Below, one piece after another: positions 9,591-20,051 of a DNA stretch of 42,780 bases (the stretch's first letter is position 1; each line of letters begins with the position of its first letter). The notes under the pieces are model-generated. The model saw only the letters and a program-made list of their open reading frames with translations, had not been told where the DNA came from and did not search any database. This DNA is from a virus: the UHGV virus genome UHGV-0120405; one strand, written 5' to 3'. A program made the position numbers and the translations under genes.

Positions 9591-11501
9591 GTGTTTTTTA
9601 AAGGCTATGTTGAAACTAAAGATAAGAAGTGTATTGAGAAATTCAAAAATAGAACAGACTTTAAAACATACGAACAAGTTAAGTTACTTCCTGAGTTCGC
9701 AGGAATTTTAGATGAAAAAACAATTTTGGTTGATATTGATGATTTTGAACAGTCTGAAATATTAATGAATATTGTTGAAGAACTTCAACTAAATTGTAGA
9801 GTTTATGAAACAACAAGAGGAAAGCACTTTTTGTTTATAAATGCAGGTGTTGAAAAGTGTTTCACACACTGTAAATTAGCAATTGGCTTGACAGCAGATA
9901 TTAAAGTTGGTGTTAAGAGTTCATACGAAGTTTTAAAATATAATGGTGAAGAAAGAAAAATTATTTATGATATTTACCAAGAAGATGGTGAAGAATATCA
10001 AGAAATTCCTAAATGGTTAATACCAGTAAAAGGGAAAGCTGAGTTCATGGATATGGATGCAGGAGATGGGAGAAATCAAGCTTTATTTAATTATATTTTA
10101 ACACTTCAATCAGCAGATTTTGAGAAAGAAGAAGCTAGAGAAGTTTTAAGAAAAATTAATACTTATGTTTTGAAAGAACCTCTTTCAGATGAAGAATTAG
10201 AAGTTATTATGCGTGATGAAGCGTTTAACAAACCTTTGTTTTACAAAGGTACAACATTTTTATTTGATAAATTTGCTGTATTCTTAAAGAATAATCATCA
10301 CATTATTAGATTAAACGGACAGCTTCACATGTATAAAGATGGTATTTATGTATCTGGACAAGAAGAAATTGAAGCTGTAATGATTAAACATATTCCACAG
10401 TTGAACAGGGCAAAAAGACAAGAAGTTATGGCATATTTAAACATATTAATTAGAGATAATATAAAACCTGCAGCTGCTTGTGTGATTGCATTCAAAAATG
10501 GTCTTTACAATGTTTTAACGGATAGCTTTGCAGAATTTACACCAGATGTAGTTATCACTAATAAAATTCCATGGGATTTTAACAGACAGGCATCTAGTGA
10601 AGTGATTGACAATATGCTTGACAATGTGTCTTGTAAAGATGCAGAAATTAGGTCATTACTTGAAGAAATTGTTGGTGCTTGCATGTATAGGTCAAACACC
10701 CTAGCAGGAGGTAAAGCATTTATTCTAACTGGAACTGGAAGTAATGGAAAAAGTACATACTTGAAAACACTTTCAAATCTTATGTCTGAAAAAAATATTT
10801 CATCTTTAGATTTAAAGAAGTTAGGGGACCGATTTAGTACAGTAATGATGTTTGGAAAACTAGCAAATATTGGTGATGATATTTCAAATGAGTTTGTGAC
10901 AGACACTTCACTTTTTAAAAAAGTAGTTACAGGTGAAACGATAGATGCAGAACAGAAAGGTCAGCCAAAGTTTGACTTTAAACCATTTTGCAAGTTGCTA
11001 TTCTCAGCAAATAATATTCCTAGAATGGGAAAAGGTTCTGATTCACAAGCAATTATGAGAAGACTTGTCATTGTTCCATTCAATGCAAAATTCAAGTCTG
11101 ATGACCCGAATTTCAGACCAGGGATTGAAGAAGACCTGAAAGGTCAAGAATCTATGGAATATCTAATTCAGCTTGGAATTCAAGGATTGAAAAGGGTTCT
11201 TGCAACCAAAAACTTTACAACATCTGATGCAATCAAGCAAGAGCTTCAAGAATATGAAGAAAGAAACAATCCACTTTTAATGTTCGTGAAAGATTGCGAA
11301 GATGAAGAATTTAATATACAAACTGAACCTACATCATTAGTCTATGATAGATACAAAGAATTTTGCTTATCAGAGTCATTACAGTGTTTGTCAAAAATTG
11401 AATTCAGTAGACAAATGGTTAAAACATTTGGGTATCAAATTGTAGATAAAAAAATCAAAGGTAAAAAATATAGATTATTTCAGAAGGGACAAGAGAATTA
11501 A
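9591..11501 (+). CDS. primase-SF3 helicase (AEP, PriCT, P4/D5-type ATPase)
   Basis: VDID and TRGKH (AEP), GDGRNQALF (PriCT), GTGSNGKST, SANNIP, IMRRL. Confidence 0.92.
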   Translation: MFFKGYVETKDKKCIEKFKNRTDFKTYEQVKLLPEFAGILDEKTILVDIDDFEQSEILMNIVEELQLNCRVYETTRGKHFLFINAGVEKCFTHCKLAIGLTADIKVGVKSSYEVLKYNGEERKIIYDIYQEDGEEYQEIPKWLIPVKGKAEFMDMDAGDGRNQALFNYILTLQSADFEKEEAREVLRKINTYVLKEPLSDEELEVIMRDEAFNKPLFYKGTTFLFDKFAVFLKNNHHIIRLNGQLHMYKDGIYVSGQEEIEAVMIKHIPQLNRAKRQEVMAYLNILIRDNIKPAAACVIAFKNGLYNVLTDSFAEFTPDVVITNKIPWDFNRQASSEVIDNMLDNVSCKDAEIRSLLEEIVGACMYRSNTLAGGKAFILTGTGSNGKSTYLKTLSNLMSEKNISSLDLKKLGDRFSTVMMFGKLANIGDDISNEFVTDTSLFKKVVTGETIDAEQKGQPKFDFKPFCKLLFSANNIPRMGKGSDSQAIMRRLVIVPFNAKFKSDDPNFRPGIEEDLKGQESMEYLIQLGIQGLKRVLATKNFTTSDAIKQELQEYEERNNPLLMFVKDCEDEEFNIQTEPTSLVYDRYKEFCLSESLQCLSKIEFSRQMVKTFGYQIVDKKIKGKKYRLFQKGQEN

Positions 11502-12298
11502 TGAAAATAAAATGTGAAATATATCGTGATTCTATGCAGAATTATAAAAAATATGCAATTCCACCTGCACAATTGATTATTGCAGATGTTCCATATAATG
11601 TAGGTAATAATTTTTATGGTTCAAACCCTATGTGGTACAAGGGGGGGGACAATAAGAATGGCGAAAGTAGTCTTGCAGGGAAATCTGCATTTAATTCAGA
11701 TTTTAATTTTAATCTTTATGAATACTTTCACTTTTGTAGCAAAATGTTAAAAAAGGATGACACTAAACCAGTTCCAAGGGGAAGAAGTTCAAACAGTCCT
11801 TGTATGATTGTATTTTGTTCTTTTGAACAAATACAAACCTTGATTGCGGCAGCGAAAAAACATGGATTTGTGAATTATATACCATTGGTGTTTATTAAGA
11901 ATTATTCACCACAAGTATTAAAAGCAAATATGCGAGTTGTAGGTGCAACAGAATACGCCCTTGTTTTATATCGTAACAAACTTCCAAAATTCAGAAATGG
12001 ATTGAAGATTGATGAAAATGGAAAAAACATTAGAGGAACAGGTCATATGGTTTTTAATTGGTTTAAGTGGGAAAAGGATGGAAAAGAAATTCCTAAAATT
12101 CATCCTGCACAAAAACCTATCAATGTAATTGAACAGTTGATTAAAACATTTACTGACCCTGGTGATGTGGTTGTTGACCCTTGCTGTGGTTCTGGTACAA
12201 CTTTAAGGGCAGCAAGAAACCTTGGAAGAAGTTCTTTTGGTTTTGAAATTGATAGAAATTTTTATACAAGAGCAAAGGAAGAAATGCTTAGAATATAA
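11501..12298 (+). CDS. N6/N4 DNA methyltransferase (beta order), orphan
   Basis: ADVPY, HPAQKP, DPCCGSGT, GFEID. Confidence 0.92.
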   Translation: MKIKCEIYRDSMQNYKKYAIPPAQLIIADVPYNVGNNFYGSNPMWYKGGDNKNGESSLAGKSAFNSDFNFNLYEYFHFCSKMLKKDDTKPVPRGRSSNSPCMIVFCSFEQIQTLIAAAKKHGFVNYIPLVFIKNYSPQVLKANMRVVGATEYALVLYRNKLPKFRNGLKIDENGKNIRGTGHMVFNWFKWEKDGKEIPKIHPAQKPINVIEQLIKTFTDPGDVVVDPCCGSGTTLRAARNLGRSSFGFEIDRNFYTRAKEEMLRI

Positions 12299-12337
12299 AT
12301 TTTTGATATAAATATACATAAAGGAAGGTGATTAAAG

Positions 12338-12859
12338 ATGTCAAATGTGATTCATCCTGGACATTATAATATTCCAGGTAGAAAAGAATGTATAGAAGAA
12401 ATGGTTGAAAAGTTTGGTTATGAGAAAACACAAGCGTTTTGTGAATTGAATTCTTATAAATATCAGTATAGACATAAACATAAAAATGGTCAGGAAGACT
12501 TAGACAAAGCATCAAACTATCAGAATATGTTGATAGAATACATTAAAAAGGACCCAAAATTTAAGATTGCAAAGCATTATGGTCTTGAAGTTCAGATGCA
12601 ACAATTAATTGAAGAAATGGCAGAATTGACTCAGATAATTTGCAAATATTTTAGAATTAATGGTCAAGGTCAACCTGTTTCAAAGAAATTATCAAGATGT
12701 GAAATTGAAGAAAATCTTGTAGAAGAATTAGCAGATGTTAAATTGCTGTTTGACCAAGTGATATTCTTGCTTTCGTGTGAAGATGAAGTGCAGGAAGTAA
12801 TGAAGCAGAAGGTCAACAGATGTATTGAAAGGATGGGTGAAGAAAATGAAGATAATTAA
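12338..12859 (+). CDS. DUF3310-like domain fused to MazG-like NTP pyrophosphohydrolase
   Basis: HPGHY...ECIE...KYQYRHKHKNGQEDLDKA, then EEMAEL...EELADV. Confidence 0.75.
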   Translation: MSNVIHPGHYNIPGRKECIEEMVEKFGYEKTQAFCELNSYKYQYRHKHKNGQEDLDKASNYQNMLIEYIKKDPKFKIAKHYGLEVQMQQLIEEMAELTQIICKYFRINGQGQPVSKKLSRCEIEENLVEELADVKLLFDQVIFLLSCEDEVQEVMKQKVNRCIERMGEENEDN

Positions 12860-13481
12860 ACCGTATACAAAGATTTACAGTGTTTTTGATGGTCAAAAGA
12901 TGTTAGAAAAAATTGAATTAATTGCAAGAACTTGTTATAAAAGTGAAAATAAGATTCAAGAAGATTCTGCTAATAGATTTGTTGCAGGGCTTATCAAAAG
13001 GGGTCATGAATCAATGCTAGAACATTGTTCTGTAACAGTTAAATTTGTTGTAGATAGAGGAATTAGTCATGAATTAGTTAGACATAGAATGGCATCTTTT
13101 GCACAAGAATCTACAAGATACTGTAATTATTTTAATAATGATTTTGGGTCAGAAATTACATTTATCGTTCCTCAATACTTAGAATATAATTCAGAAGGTT
13201 GGAATATTTGGAAGAATAGTATGAAATCTTGTGAAGATGCCTATTTCAAGTTACTCAACTTTGGTTTAACACCACAACAAGCAAGAGCAGTTCTTCCAAA
13301 TAGTTTAAAAACAGAAGTAGTGATGACAGCAAACCTTCGTGAATGGAGACATTTTTTCAAACTTCGTGCATTGGGAACAACTGGAAAGCCACATCAACAG
13401 ATGCTTGAAGTAACAATTCCACTTCTTAAAAATTTTAAACAAATGATACCAGTTGTGTTTGATGATTTAGTTGTGGGGTGA
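12846..13481 (+). CDS. thyX: FAD-dependent thymidylate synthase
   Basis: GHESMLEH, HELVRHRMASFAQESTRY, ARAVLP, NLREWRHF. Confidence 0.96.
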   Translation: MKIIKPYTKIYSVFDGQKMLEKIELIARTCYKSENKIQEDSANRFVAGLIKRGHESMLEHCSVTVKFVVDRGISHELVRHRMASFAQESTRYCNYFNNDFGSEITFIVPQYLEYNSEGWNIWKNSMKSCEDAYFKLLNFGLTPQQARAVLPNSLKTEVVMTANLREWRHFFKLRALGTTGKPHQQMLEVTIPLLKNFKQMIPVVFDDLVVG

Positions 13482-13488
13482 AGTTAAT

Positions 13489-13689
13489 ATGAATAAATAT
13501 AATAGCGAAGGTTATTATGACCCAACAGCTTATAGTGCTATGAAAAAAGTAGTTAAAGAAGAATCTGAACAAGAAAAGAAAATTAGATTATTGGTACATA
13601 TTATTAAAGATTTAGCATACCTTTCTGGATTTGAAGTAATAGGAAGAATTACATTTAAAGATAAGAGAACAGGGAAGGAATTTAATTAA
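13489..13689 (+). CDS. conserved small phage protein
   Basis: NSEGYYDPTAY...GFEVIGRITFKDKRTG pattern seen in clostridial phages; RBS GGGGTG. Confidence 0.7.
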   Translation: MNKYNSEGYYDPTAYSAMKKVVKEESEQEKKIRLLVHIIKDLAYLSGFEVIGRITFKDKRTGKEFN

Positions 13690-14297
13690 TGAAACAGGTG
13701 AATGGAATGTTTGATTTGAATAATAAAATTTTTACGCAAGGTCAAGTATTTGAGTTTAATAAATTTATGCAAATAAACAAAAAGTCAATAATTGATTCAA
13801 AAACATTAAATTGGTTGATAGATAATGGGTTCTTTATAAAGCCTGCTGCAATCAAATATCATGGTAATCATACTGGTGGTTTATTTGAACATTCAATGAT
13901 GGTTGCACAAGTATTAGTGGAAATGACACATAAATTTAATATACCTTGGACAAGACCTGAGTCACCATATATTGTAGGAATGTTTCACGATGTTTGCAAA
14001 ATGGATGACTATATAGACGAAAACGCACAGGGTGTTGGAAATAGTTTGTTGATAAGTAAAAATCCAAAGTGGACATACAATCCTACACCTGTATTTGCTG
14101 GTCATGGGGACAAGTCGGTGATGATGCTGTCACAAGTGATAACACTTACAGAAGAAGAAATGTTGTGTATTAGGTTTCATATGGGCGCTTATGTCACTGA
14201 TGATTGGGATAGTTTTGATAGAGCAATTAGAAAATATCAATCAGTACTGTTTACTCATACTGCTGATATGTACGCGTCAAAAGTTCAAGATATTTAA
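13689..14297 (+). CDS. HD-domain phosphohydrolase
   Basis: PAA..YH...GGLFEHS, HDVCK, GHG, IRFHMG, HTAD. Confidence 0.9.
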   Translation: MKQVNGMFDLNNKIFTQGQVFEFNKFMQINKKSIIDSKTLNWLIDNGFFIKPAAIKYHGNHTGGLFEHSMMVAQVLVEMTHKFNIPWTRPESPYIVGMFHDVCKMDDYIDENAQGVGNSLLISKNPKWTYNPTPVFAGHGDKSVMMLSQVITLTEEEMLCIRFHMGAYVTDDWDSFDRAIRKYQSVLFTHTADMYASKVQDI

Positions 14298-14557
14298 GTT
14301 AGTTCAAGATACGGTTCAACATCATCTTGAACCGATAAAATACAGTAAAAATAAGGGTTTCAAGGGTACGGTTCAAGATGGTTCAAGATGTTTTTAAGTT
14401 AAGGATATATTAAAATATAAAATCATTAAAATTTTATGTTTCTCTAAAAAATATCTATAATATATATAGAACCGTACATCTTGAACCGCTTATTTAAAAA
14501 ACCTAGTAAATTACAGCCTTTCAGGCGGTTCAAGATTTATGACTATGTTGAACTTTT
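14281..14557. repeat. origin-like region, copy A: about 9 GGTTCAAGAT-type decamers around an AT-rich core
   Basis: Decamers in both orientations (e.g. 14301, 14313, 14324, 14370, 14380, 14478, 14527). 14370-14557 is the exact reverse complement of 38959-39146. Confidence 0.85.
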
Positions 14558-14578
14558 GTTAAATAAATAAAAAAGAAG

Positions 14579-15010
14579 GTGTTTAATGTGACAATAAAAG
14601 AATATTTATTACAAATAAAAGAACAAAATATCAAAGTTAAGAAACAGCAAGAGTACATACAAAGATTAAAAGATTCTTTAGATATTGCAGGTATTAGTTA
14701 TGAAGAAGAAAAAGTACAAAGTTCAGTTGAACCAGATAAATTTGCAAAAATATTTAGTCAGATTGATGAAGAAGAAAAAATACTTGATTTAATGAAAAAT
14801 ACGCTTATCAAAACAAGGGTAAAAATAATTAATCAGATACAGCAACTAGATAATAGCAAACATAAAGATATTTTAAACATTGTATATGTTGACGGTAAAA
14901 ATTTAAGAAAAGCTGCACAGGAAATGAAATTCTCATATGACTACATTAAAGAAATTCACTTATCTGCTTTACAAGCATTTGAAGAAAAGTTCCCACTGCA
15001 ACCCACTTGA
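14579..15010 (+). CDS. ArpU/RinA-like late transcriptional activator
   Basis: IKEYL...VQSS and a C-terminal sigma4-like HTH; lies directly upstream of terS. Confidence 0.8.
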   Translation: MFNVTIKEYLLQIKEQNIKVKKQQEYIQRLKDSLDIAGISYEEEKVQSSVEPDKFAKIFSQIDEEEKILDLMKNTLIKTRVKIINQIQQLDNSKHKDILNIVYVDGKNLRKAAQEMKFSYDYIKEIHLSALQAFEEKFPLQPT

Positions 15011-15091
15011 ATCCCACCTTCATATTATAGTATACTATAATATGAAATGTTAGGTTAAGGCATCCTTTAAAGAAAAGGGTGTCTTATTTTT
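14991..15091 (+). promoter_or_regulatory. putative late promoter: three CCCAC repeats, -10 box, hairpin
   Basis: CCCAC at 14992, 15002 and 15013 (one helical turn apart); TATAAT 15036-15041; stem AAGGCATCCTTT/AAAGGGTGTCTT with T tract. Confidence 0.6.
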
Positions 15092-15118
15092 ATGCTATGA
15101 AAGGCAGGTGAAGATGAA

Positions 15119-15571
15119 ATGACTGACAAGCAAAGAAAATTTTGTGATGAATATTTGATTGACTGTAATGCCACTAGGGCATATAGAAAAGCTTATCCAA
15201 ATGTAAAAAAAGATAGTTCTGCTGCGGTATGTGCTGCTAAATTGCTAAGAATTGCTAAGGTTCAAGAATATATCAATAAACAGCTTGAAAAAATCAGTTC
15301 AGAAAAAATTGCCGATGCGAAAGAAGTCATGGAATATCTTACAACTGTTTTGCGTGGCGAATCTCAATCAGAAATTGTTGTTATAGAAGGGACTGGCGAT
15401 GGTTGTTCAGATGCAAGAAAAATGAATAAAGCACCAGATGAAAAAGAAAGACTGAAGGCTGCTGAATTGCTTGGCAAGAGATACGGCTTGTTTACAGATA
15501 AGCTTGAAGTTGATGGGAATGCTAAAGTTGTGATAACAGATGATATACCAAAGGATGATGCAAATGGCTAG
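15119..15571 (+). CDS. terS: terminase small subunit
   Basis: MTDKQRKFCDEYLIDCNATRAY...RLKAAELLGKRYGLF. Confidence 0.95.
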   Translation: MTDKQRKFCDEYLIDCNATRAYRKAYPNVKKDSSAAVCAAKLLRIAKVQEYINKQLEKISSEKIADAKEVMEYLTTVLRGESQSEIVVIEGTGDGCSDARKMNKAPDEKERLKAAELLGKRYGLFTDKLEVDGNAKVVITDDIPKDDANG

Positions 15572-16802
15572 GTTATCTAGCTTAATTGCACCATCCTTTT
15601 ATAATATTCATAATTGTCTTAAAGCTAATAAATATACGCATTATTGGCTAAAGGGTGGCAGAGGTAGTACAAAATCATCATTTACGAGTATAGAGATTGT
15701 GTTAGGAATGATGAGTGACAGTAACGCTAATGCAGTAGCTATAAGAAAGGTAGGACAATATCTTAAAGATAGTGTGTTTGAACAGCTTTTATGGGCTATA
15801 CAAGTATTAGGTGTTGAACAATACTGGCAAGTCAAACTTAGTCCGTTAGAGCTTGTATATGGCAAGCAAAGAATAATTTTTAGAGGTGCAGATAAGCCTA
15901 AGAAAATTAAATCTACAAAATTTAAAACAGGTTATTGTAAATATATATGGTACGAAGAAGTTGATGAATTCAATGGAATGGAAGAAATAAGAACAATAAA
16001 TCAGTCCCTTATGAGAGGTGGCGAAAATTTTGTTGTTTTTTATTCATATAATCCACCCAGGTCACAGAGAAATTGGGTAAATAATGAAATTTTAGAAGAA
16101 AGAAAAGACAGAATTGTACATCACAGTAGTTATTTAACAGTACCTAAAAAATGGCTTGGTGAACAGTTTTTTATTGAAGCCGAGCATTTAAAGACTGTCA
16201 ATTATGATGCCTATGCTCACGAGTATTTAGGTGAGGTAAGAGGAACAGGTGGAGAAATATTTACTAATATTACAATTAGAAAAATATCAGATGATGAAGT
16301 AAATAATTTTGACCATATAAAAAGAGCTGTTGACTTTGGATATGCTGTTGACCCACTCCACTATACAGAATGTCATTTTGATAGAACTAGAAGAAGATTA
16401 TATATATTCTTTGAAATACATAAAGTTGGACTGTCAAATAGGTTAGCTGTTGATGCTATTATGCGACAGAATAAAGATAATTGTCTGGTAATGGGTGATA
16501 GTGCAGAACCAAGAACAATAGCAGAATTTAAAGCTTTAGGCTTAAATATAAAAGGTGTAAAAAAGGGTCCGGATAGCGTTAATTATGGTATTAAATTTTT
16601 ACAAGATTTAGAAGAAATTGTAATTGACCAAGAAAGATGCCCTAATACAGCTAGAGAGTTTCTAGGTTATGAATATGAAAAAGATAGTAATGATAATTTT
16701 AAATCTGATTACCCTGACAGAGATAATCACAGCATAGATGCAGTGAGATACGCTCTTCGCGATTATATGAGAAATAAAACTGGAATAAAATTCTTAAAAT
16801 GA
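15564..16802 (+). CDS. terL: terminase large subunit, PBSX family
   Basis: GGRGSTKS, WYEE, SYNP, DFGY..DP, DSAEP, NHSIDAVRY. Confidence 0.95.
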   Translation: MARLSSLIAPSFYNIHNCLKANKYTHYWLKGGRGSTKSSFTSIEIVLGMMSDSNANAVAIRKVGQYLKDSVFEQLLWAIQVLGVEQYWQVKLSPLELVYGKQRIIFRGADKPKKIKSTKFKTGYCKYIWYEEVDEFNGMEEIRTINQSLMRGGENFVVFYSYNPPRSQRNWVNNEILEERKDRIVHHSSYLTVPKKWLGEQFFIEAEHLKTVNYDAYAHEYLGEVRGTGGEIFTNITIRKISDDEVNNFDHIKRAVDFGYAVDPLHYTECHFDRTRRRLYIFFEIHKVGLSNRLAVDAIMRQNKDNCLVMGDSAEPRTIAEFKALGLNIKGVKKGPDSVNYGIKFLQDLEEIVIDQERCPNTAREFLGYEYEKDSNDNFKSDYPDRDNHSIDAVRYALRDYMRNKTGIKFLK

Positions 16803-16814
16803 TGAGGTGATAAA

Positions 16815-18173
16815 ATGGACTTGACTGTAGCTATTGAGCTTATAAAAAAATATACTTTAGGGCATAGCAATTTTGTTTCTAAAGCAACAATAGCTGAAAG
16901 GTATTACAGAAACAAAAACGATATTCTTTTTGGTAAGAAAAAAGATGCAGAAACAGAAGCTGTAAGAAATGCAGACAATAGAATTTGTAGCAGTTTCTAT
17001 AGCTTGATTGTTAATCAAAAAGCAGGTTATATGTTTACATATCCGCCCATCATTGATATAGGTAATAGCTCTAGTAATAAATATATTCAAACGGTCTTAG
17101 GTGATGCTTATGCAAAAAACTGTAAAAAGCTATGTGTTAATTCTGCAAATGCCGGCATAGCTTGGATTCATTATTGGATTGATGATAAAAATAGATTTAG
17201 ATGGGCAGTTATAGACAGCAAAGAAATAATTCCAGTATATAACAATGACCTTGAGAAAAAACTCATAAGTGTTTTAAGAGTGTATATGGAATTAGAAGAG
17301 GAAACCGGCAGACATTATATGGTTTACGAGATATGGACTGAAACTGAGTGTGCAACATATAAACGATATGTAAATGAAGGATTTGATAGACTTATGGAGC
17401 TTGCAAGATACCCTATTGGTTTTGATATTCCAAGAGCATATACAAATGTACTTAATCATAATTTTGGTCAAGTTCCTTTCATAAGTTTTGCCAACAACGA
17501 CAACCACACAAGTGATTTAGAGCCTATAAAGGGACATATTGATACTTATGACAAAGTGTATTCAGGATTTATCAATGACTTAGAAGATATTCAGGAAATT
17601 ATATTTATTCTAAGCGGCTATGCAGGTGAAAGTTTAAGTGAGTTTCTCGGTAATTTAAAGAAATACAAAACCATTAAGCTAGACGAAAATATTGATGGTA
17701 AAGGTGATTTAAAAACACTTACTATAGACATACCGGTTGAAGCAAGAAAAGAATTGTTGAGTATATCCCGTAAGGCAATATTTGAACAGGGACAGGCAGT
17801 AGACCCTGAACCATCAAATTTTGGCAACGCAAGTGGCGTAGCTTTAAAGTATTTATATTCTTTGTTAGAGCTTAAAAGTGGACTTACTGAAACAGAATTT
17901 AGATTAGGGTTTGCAGAGCTTGTAAGAGCTATTTGCAGACACGCAAATATACAGTGTAATGAAATTAACCAAGTATGGACAAGAAATAGCATCACGAATG
18001 ATACTGAACTTGCAGATATTGCATCAAAAAGTACAGGCATTATTTCACAGAAGACCGTTCTTCAAAATCATCCTTGGGTTGACGATGCCGAAAAGGAAAT
18101 TGCTGAATTAAAAAAAGAAACTAATGAAAAAGTAGGCGATTACGGTTTTCCAAAAACTAGAGAGGAAGAATGA
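16815..18173 (+). CDS. portal protein, SPP1 gp6-like
   Basis: NQKAGYMF..P, SDLE..K..ID.YD, GNASGVALK; position after terL. Confidence 0.93.
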   Translation: MDLTVAIELIKKYTLGHSNFVSKATIAERYYRNKNDILFGKKKDAETEAVRNADNRICSSFYSLIVNQKAGYMFTYPPIIDIGNSSSNKYIQTVLGDAYAKNCKKLCVNSANAGIAWIHYWIDDKNRFRWAVIDSKEIIPVYNNDLEKKLISVLRVYMELEEETGRHYMVYEIWTETECATYKRYVNEGFDRLMELARYPIGFDIPRAYTNVLNHNFGQVPFISFANNDNHTSDLEPIKGHIDTYDKVYSGFINDLEDIQEIIFILSGYAGESLSEFLGNLKKYKTIKLDENIDGKGDLKTLTIDIPVEARKELLSISRKAIFEQGQAVDPEPSNFGNASGVALKYLYSLLELKSGLTETEFRLGFAELVRAICRHANIQCNEINQVWTRNSITNDTELADIASKSTGIISQKTVLQNHPWVDDAEKEIAELKKETNEKVGDYGFPKTREEE

Positions 18174-19816
18174 TGAAGAATAATGAATATTGGGCTAAAA
18201 GATTTAAAGCTTTAGAAGAAAGGTCCAATGCAGAAGCCCAAAAGTGCGTAGCCGAATCTATGAAATTAATAGATGATGCAATCATTCAAATTGATAAAGA
18301 CATTACATACTGGTTAAAGCGTTTTGCTGATAATAACAATATGACTTTAGCTGAAGCCAAAAAAGCTATTACAAGTAAAGAGCTAAAAGAACTTGGATGG
18401 GATGTTGAAGAATACATAAGAAAAGGCTATGCTAACAGCTACTTGGGAAACTGGGACAAAGAACTTGAAAACGCAAGTGCAAAATATCACATCACTAGAC
18501 TTGATGCTATTAAAATGCAAATGATGTTATTTTGTGATAAAGCATTTGCCGATATTACAGAAAATGTCACACAAACGCTATCAAATGTGTATAAAGATGT
18601 TTATTATAGAACGGCATTTGAAGTACAAAAAGGTATTGGTGTGGGATTTAGTTTTGCACAAGTAGATGAACGCAGACTTAAATTGATACTTGAAAAGCCT
18701 TGGGCTATTGACGGTACAAACTTCTCTGAAAGAATATGGGGTACTTACAGACCTAAATTGACAAATAAACTTCAACAAGCTTTAACAGATTGGTGCGTTA
18801 GAGGTACAGACCCTAAAAAGCTTGCAAGACAATTAAGTTATGAAAGCAATGTAGCCCAATCAGCTTGCAATACTCTTATTCGTACAGAAACAGCCCAGAT
18901 ATGTACAAGGGCAGAAATGGACAGCTACGATGAATTAGGAGTTGAAAAGTATAGTGTATTAGAAACACTAGATGGTAAAACTTGTGATATGTGTGCTGAT
19001 ATGGATAGTAAAATCTTTAATAGAGATGACTTTGAAATAGGGATAACAGCACCTCCTTTTCATCCGCGTTGCCGAGGTACTACAATACCGGAAGTTACAG
19101 ACGAGCTACTTAAGCAAGGTAGAAAAAGAGCTGCAAGGGACCCTGAAACTGGTAAGACTATCTATATTGATGATATGTCATATACAGATTGGAAAGAAAA
19201 ATTTGTTAGTAATGATAAGTTTACAAATGAGGATAATGGTGTTATAATAAAAAATGAGCAACAGAGAAATGGAAGAAATAAAAATACTACAATAAATCAT
19301 ACATATATTAATAGTGGAGAATACAGAAAAAAGTTTGATAACATTACGGACAATAAGGTTATCAATCGTATTATATATCAAAAAGCAAAGGAAATGTTAA
19401 ATCATAGAAGTGGAACTTTGATAGAAGATATGTATTGGTTTGATGGTGATAATGGTAAAATAGTGGCAAGTGTACTAGATGAAACTGTAAAAGAGGGTAT
19501 TGTATATACAAAGTCGGTCAATAGAGCAATATTGGGAAAAGATAATCTTATTACTGCACATACCCATCCTAATAGTTTGCCACCGAGTATATCTGATATT
19601 AACTCTGCTGTAAGAAATGGTTATAAAACTGGAATTGTTTTATGTCACGATGGAAAAGTATTTAAGTATTCGGCAAGCGAAGAAATTAGCGAAAATCTGT
19701 ATAATATGTATGCTTCTGAGATTTCAAGAACCTGTAAAACAGAATATGAGATTCAGATGAAGACTTTGATTAAGCTACAAGATATATATGACCTAGTTGT
19801 TGAGGAGGTAAATTGA
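18170..19816 (+). CDS. MuF/SPP1 gp7 minor head protein with C-terminal JAB/MPN-like extension
   Basis: FSERIW, LIRTE, TCDMC, PPFHPRCR; extension contains HTHP...PSISD. Confidence 0.9.
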   Translation: MMKNNEYWAKRFKALEERSNAEAQKCVAESMKLIDDAIIQIDKDITYWLKRFADNNNMTLAEAKKAITSKELKELGWDVEEYIRKGYANSYLGNWDKELENASAKYHITRLDAIKMQMMLFCDKAFADITENVTQTLSNVYKDVYYRTAFEVQKGIGVGFSFAQVDERRLKLILEKPWAIDGTNFSERIWGTYRPKLTNKLQQALTDWCVRGTDPKKLARQLSYESNVAQSACNTLIRTETAQICTRAEMDSYDELGVEKYSVLETLDGKTCDMCADMDSKIFNRDDFEIGITAPPFHPRCRGTTIPEVTDELLKQGRKRAARDPETGKTIYIDDMSYTDWKEKFVSNDKFTNEDNGVIIKNEQQRNGRNKNTTINHTYINSGEYRKKFDNITDNKVINRIIYQKAKEMLNHRSGTLIEDMYWFDGDNGKIVASVLDETVKEGIVYTKSVNRAILGKDNLITAHTHPNSLPPSISDINSAVRNGYKTGIVLCHDGKVFKYSASEEISENLYNMYASEISRTCKTEYEIQMKTLIKLQDIYDLVVEEVN

Positions 19817-19817
19817 C

Positions 19818-19955
19818 ATGCTACCAGTTGGATATGTTCAAAATGATAAATTAGAAATCCCAGAATACATTAAAAATATGTCAGATGAAGACTTAAAAAA
19901 GGAAATTGCAAAATTAGAAAAGGAAATTAAAGAAAGTAAAGGCATCAAGAACTAA
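19818..19955 (+). CDS. 45-aa ORF coupled to MuF, candidate immunity protein (not in ORF track)
   Basis: RBS GAGGAGG; MLPVGYVQNDKLEIPEYIKNMSDEDLKKEIAKLEKEIKESKGIKN; followed by a terminator. Confidence 0.7.
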   Translation: MLPVGYVQNDKLEIPEYIKNMSDEDLKKEIAKLEKEIKESKGIKN

Positions 19956-19978
19956 TAAGTTTAAGATTTTTAAATAGT

Positions 19979-20003
19979 AGCACTCTGAAAAGGGTGCTTT
20001 TTT
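19979..20003 (+). terminator. rho-independent terminator
   Basis: AGCACTCT-GAAA-AGGGTGCT followed by a T tract. Confidence 0.75.
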
Positions 20004-20051
20004 AATGTAAAAGTTACAGGCAAGTTAGCAAGCACAATAAATAAGCAGATT

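Noticed and set aside
7405..14297. 2-aminoadenine (Z-genome) pathway suggested by MazG, HD and a polymerase
   Set aside because: No PurZ/PurA-like gene is visible in this complete genome.
14191..14397. 68-aa ORF over the decamer repeats
   Set aside because: Overlaps the HD gene out of frame and translates repeat DNA.
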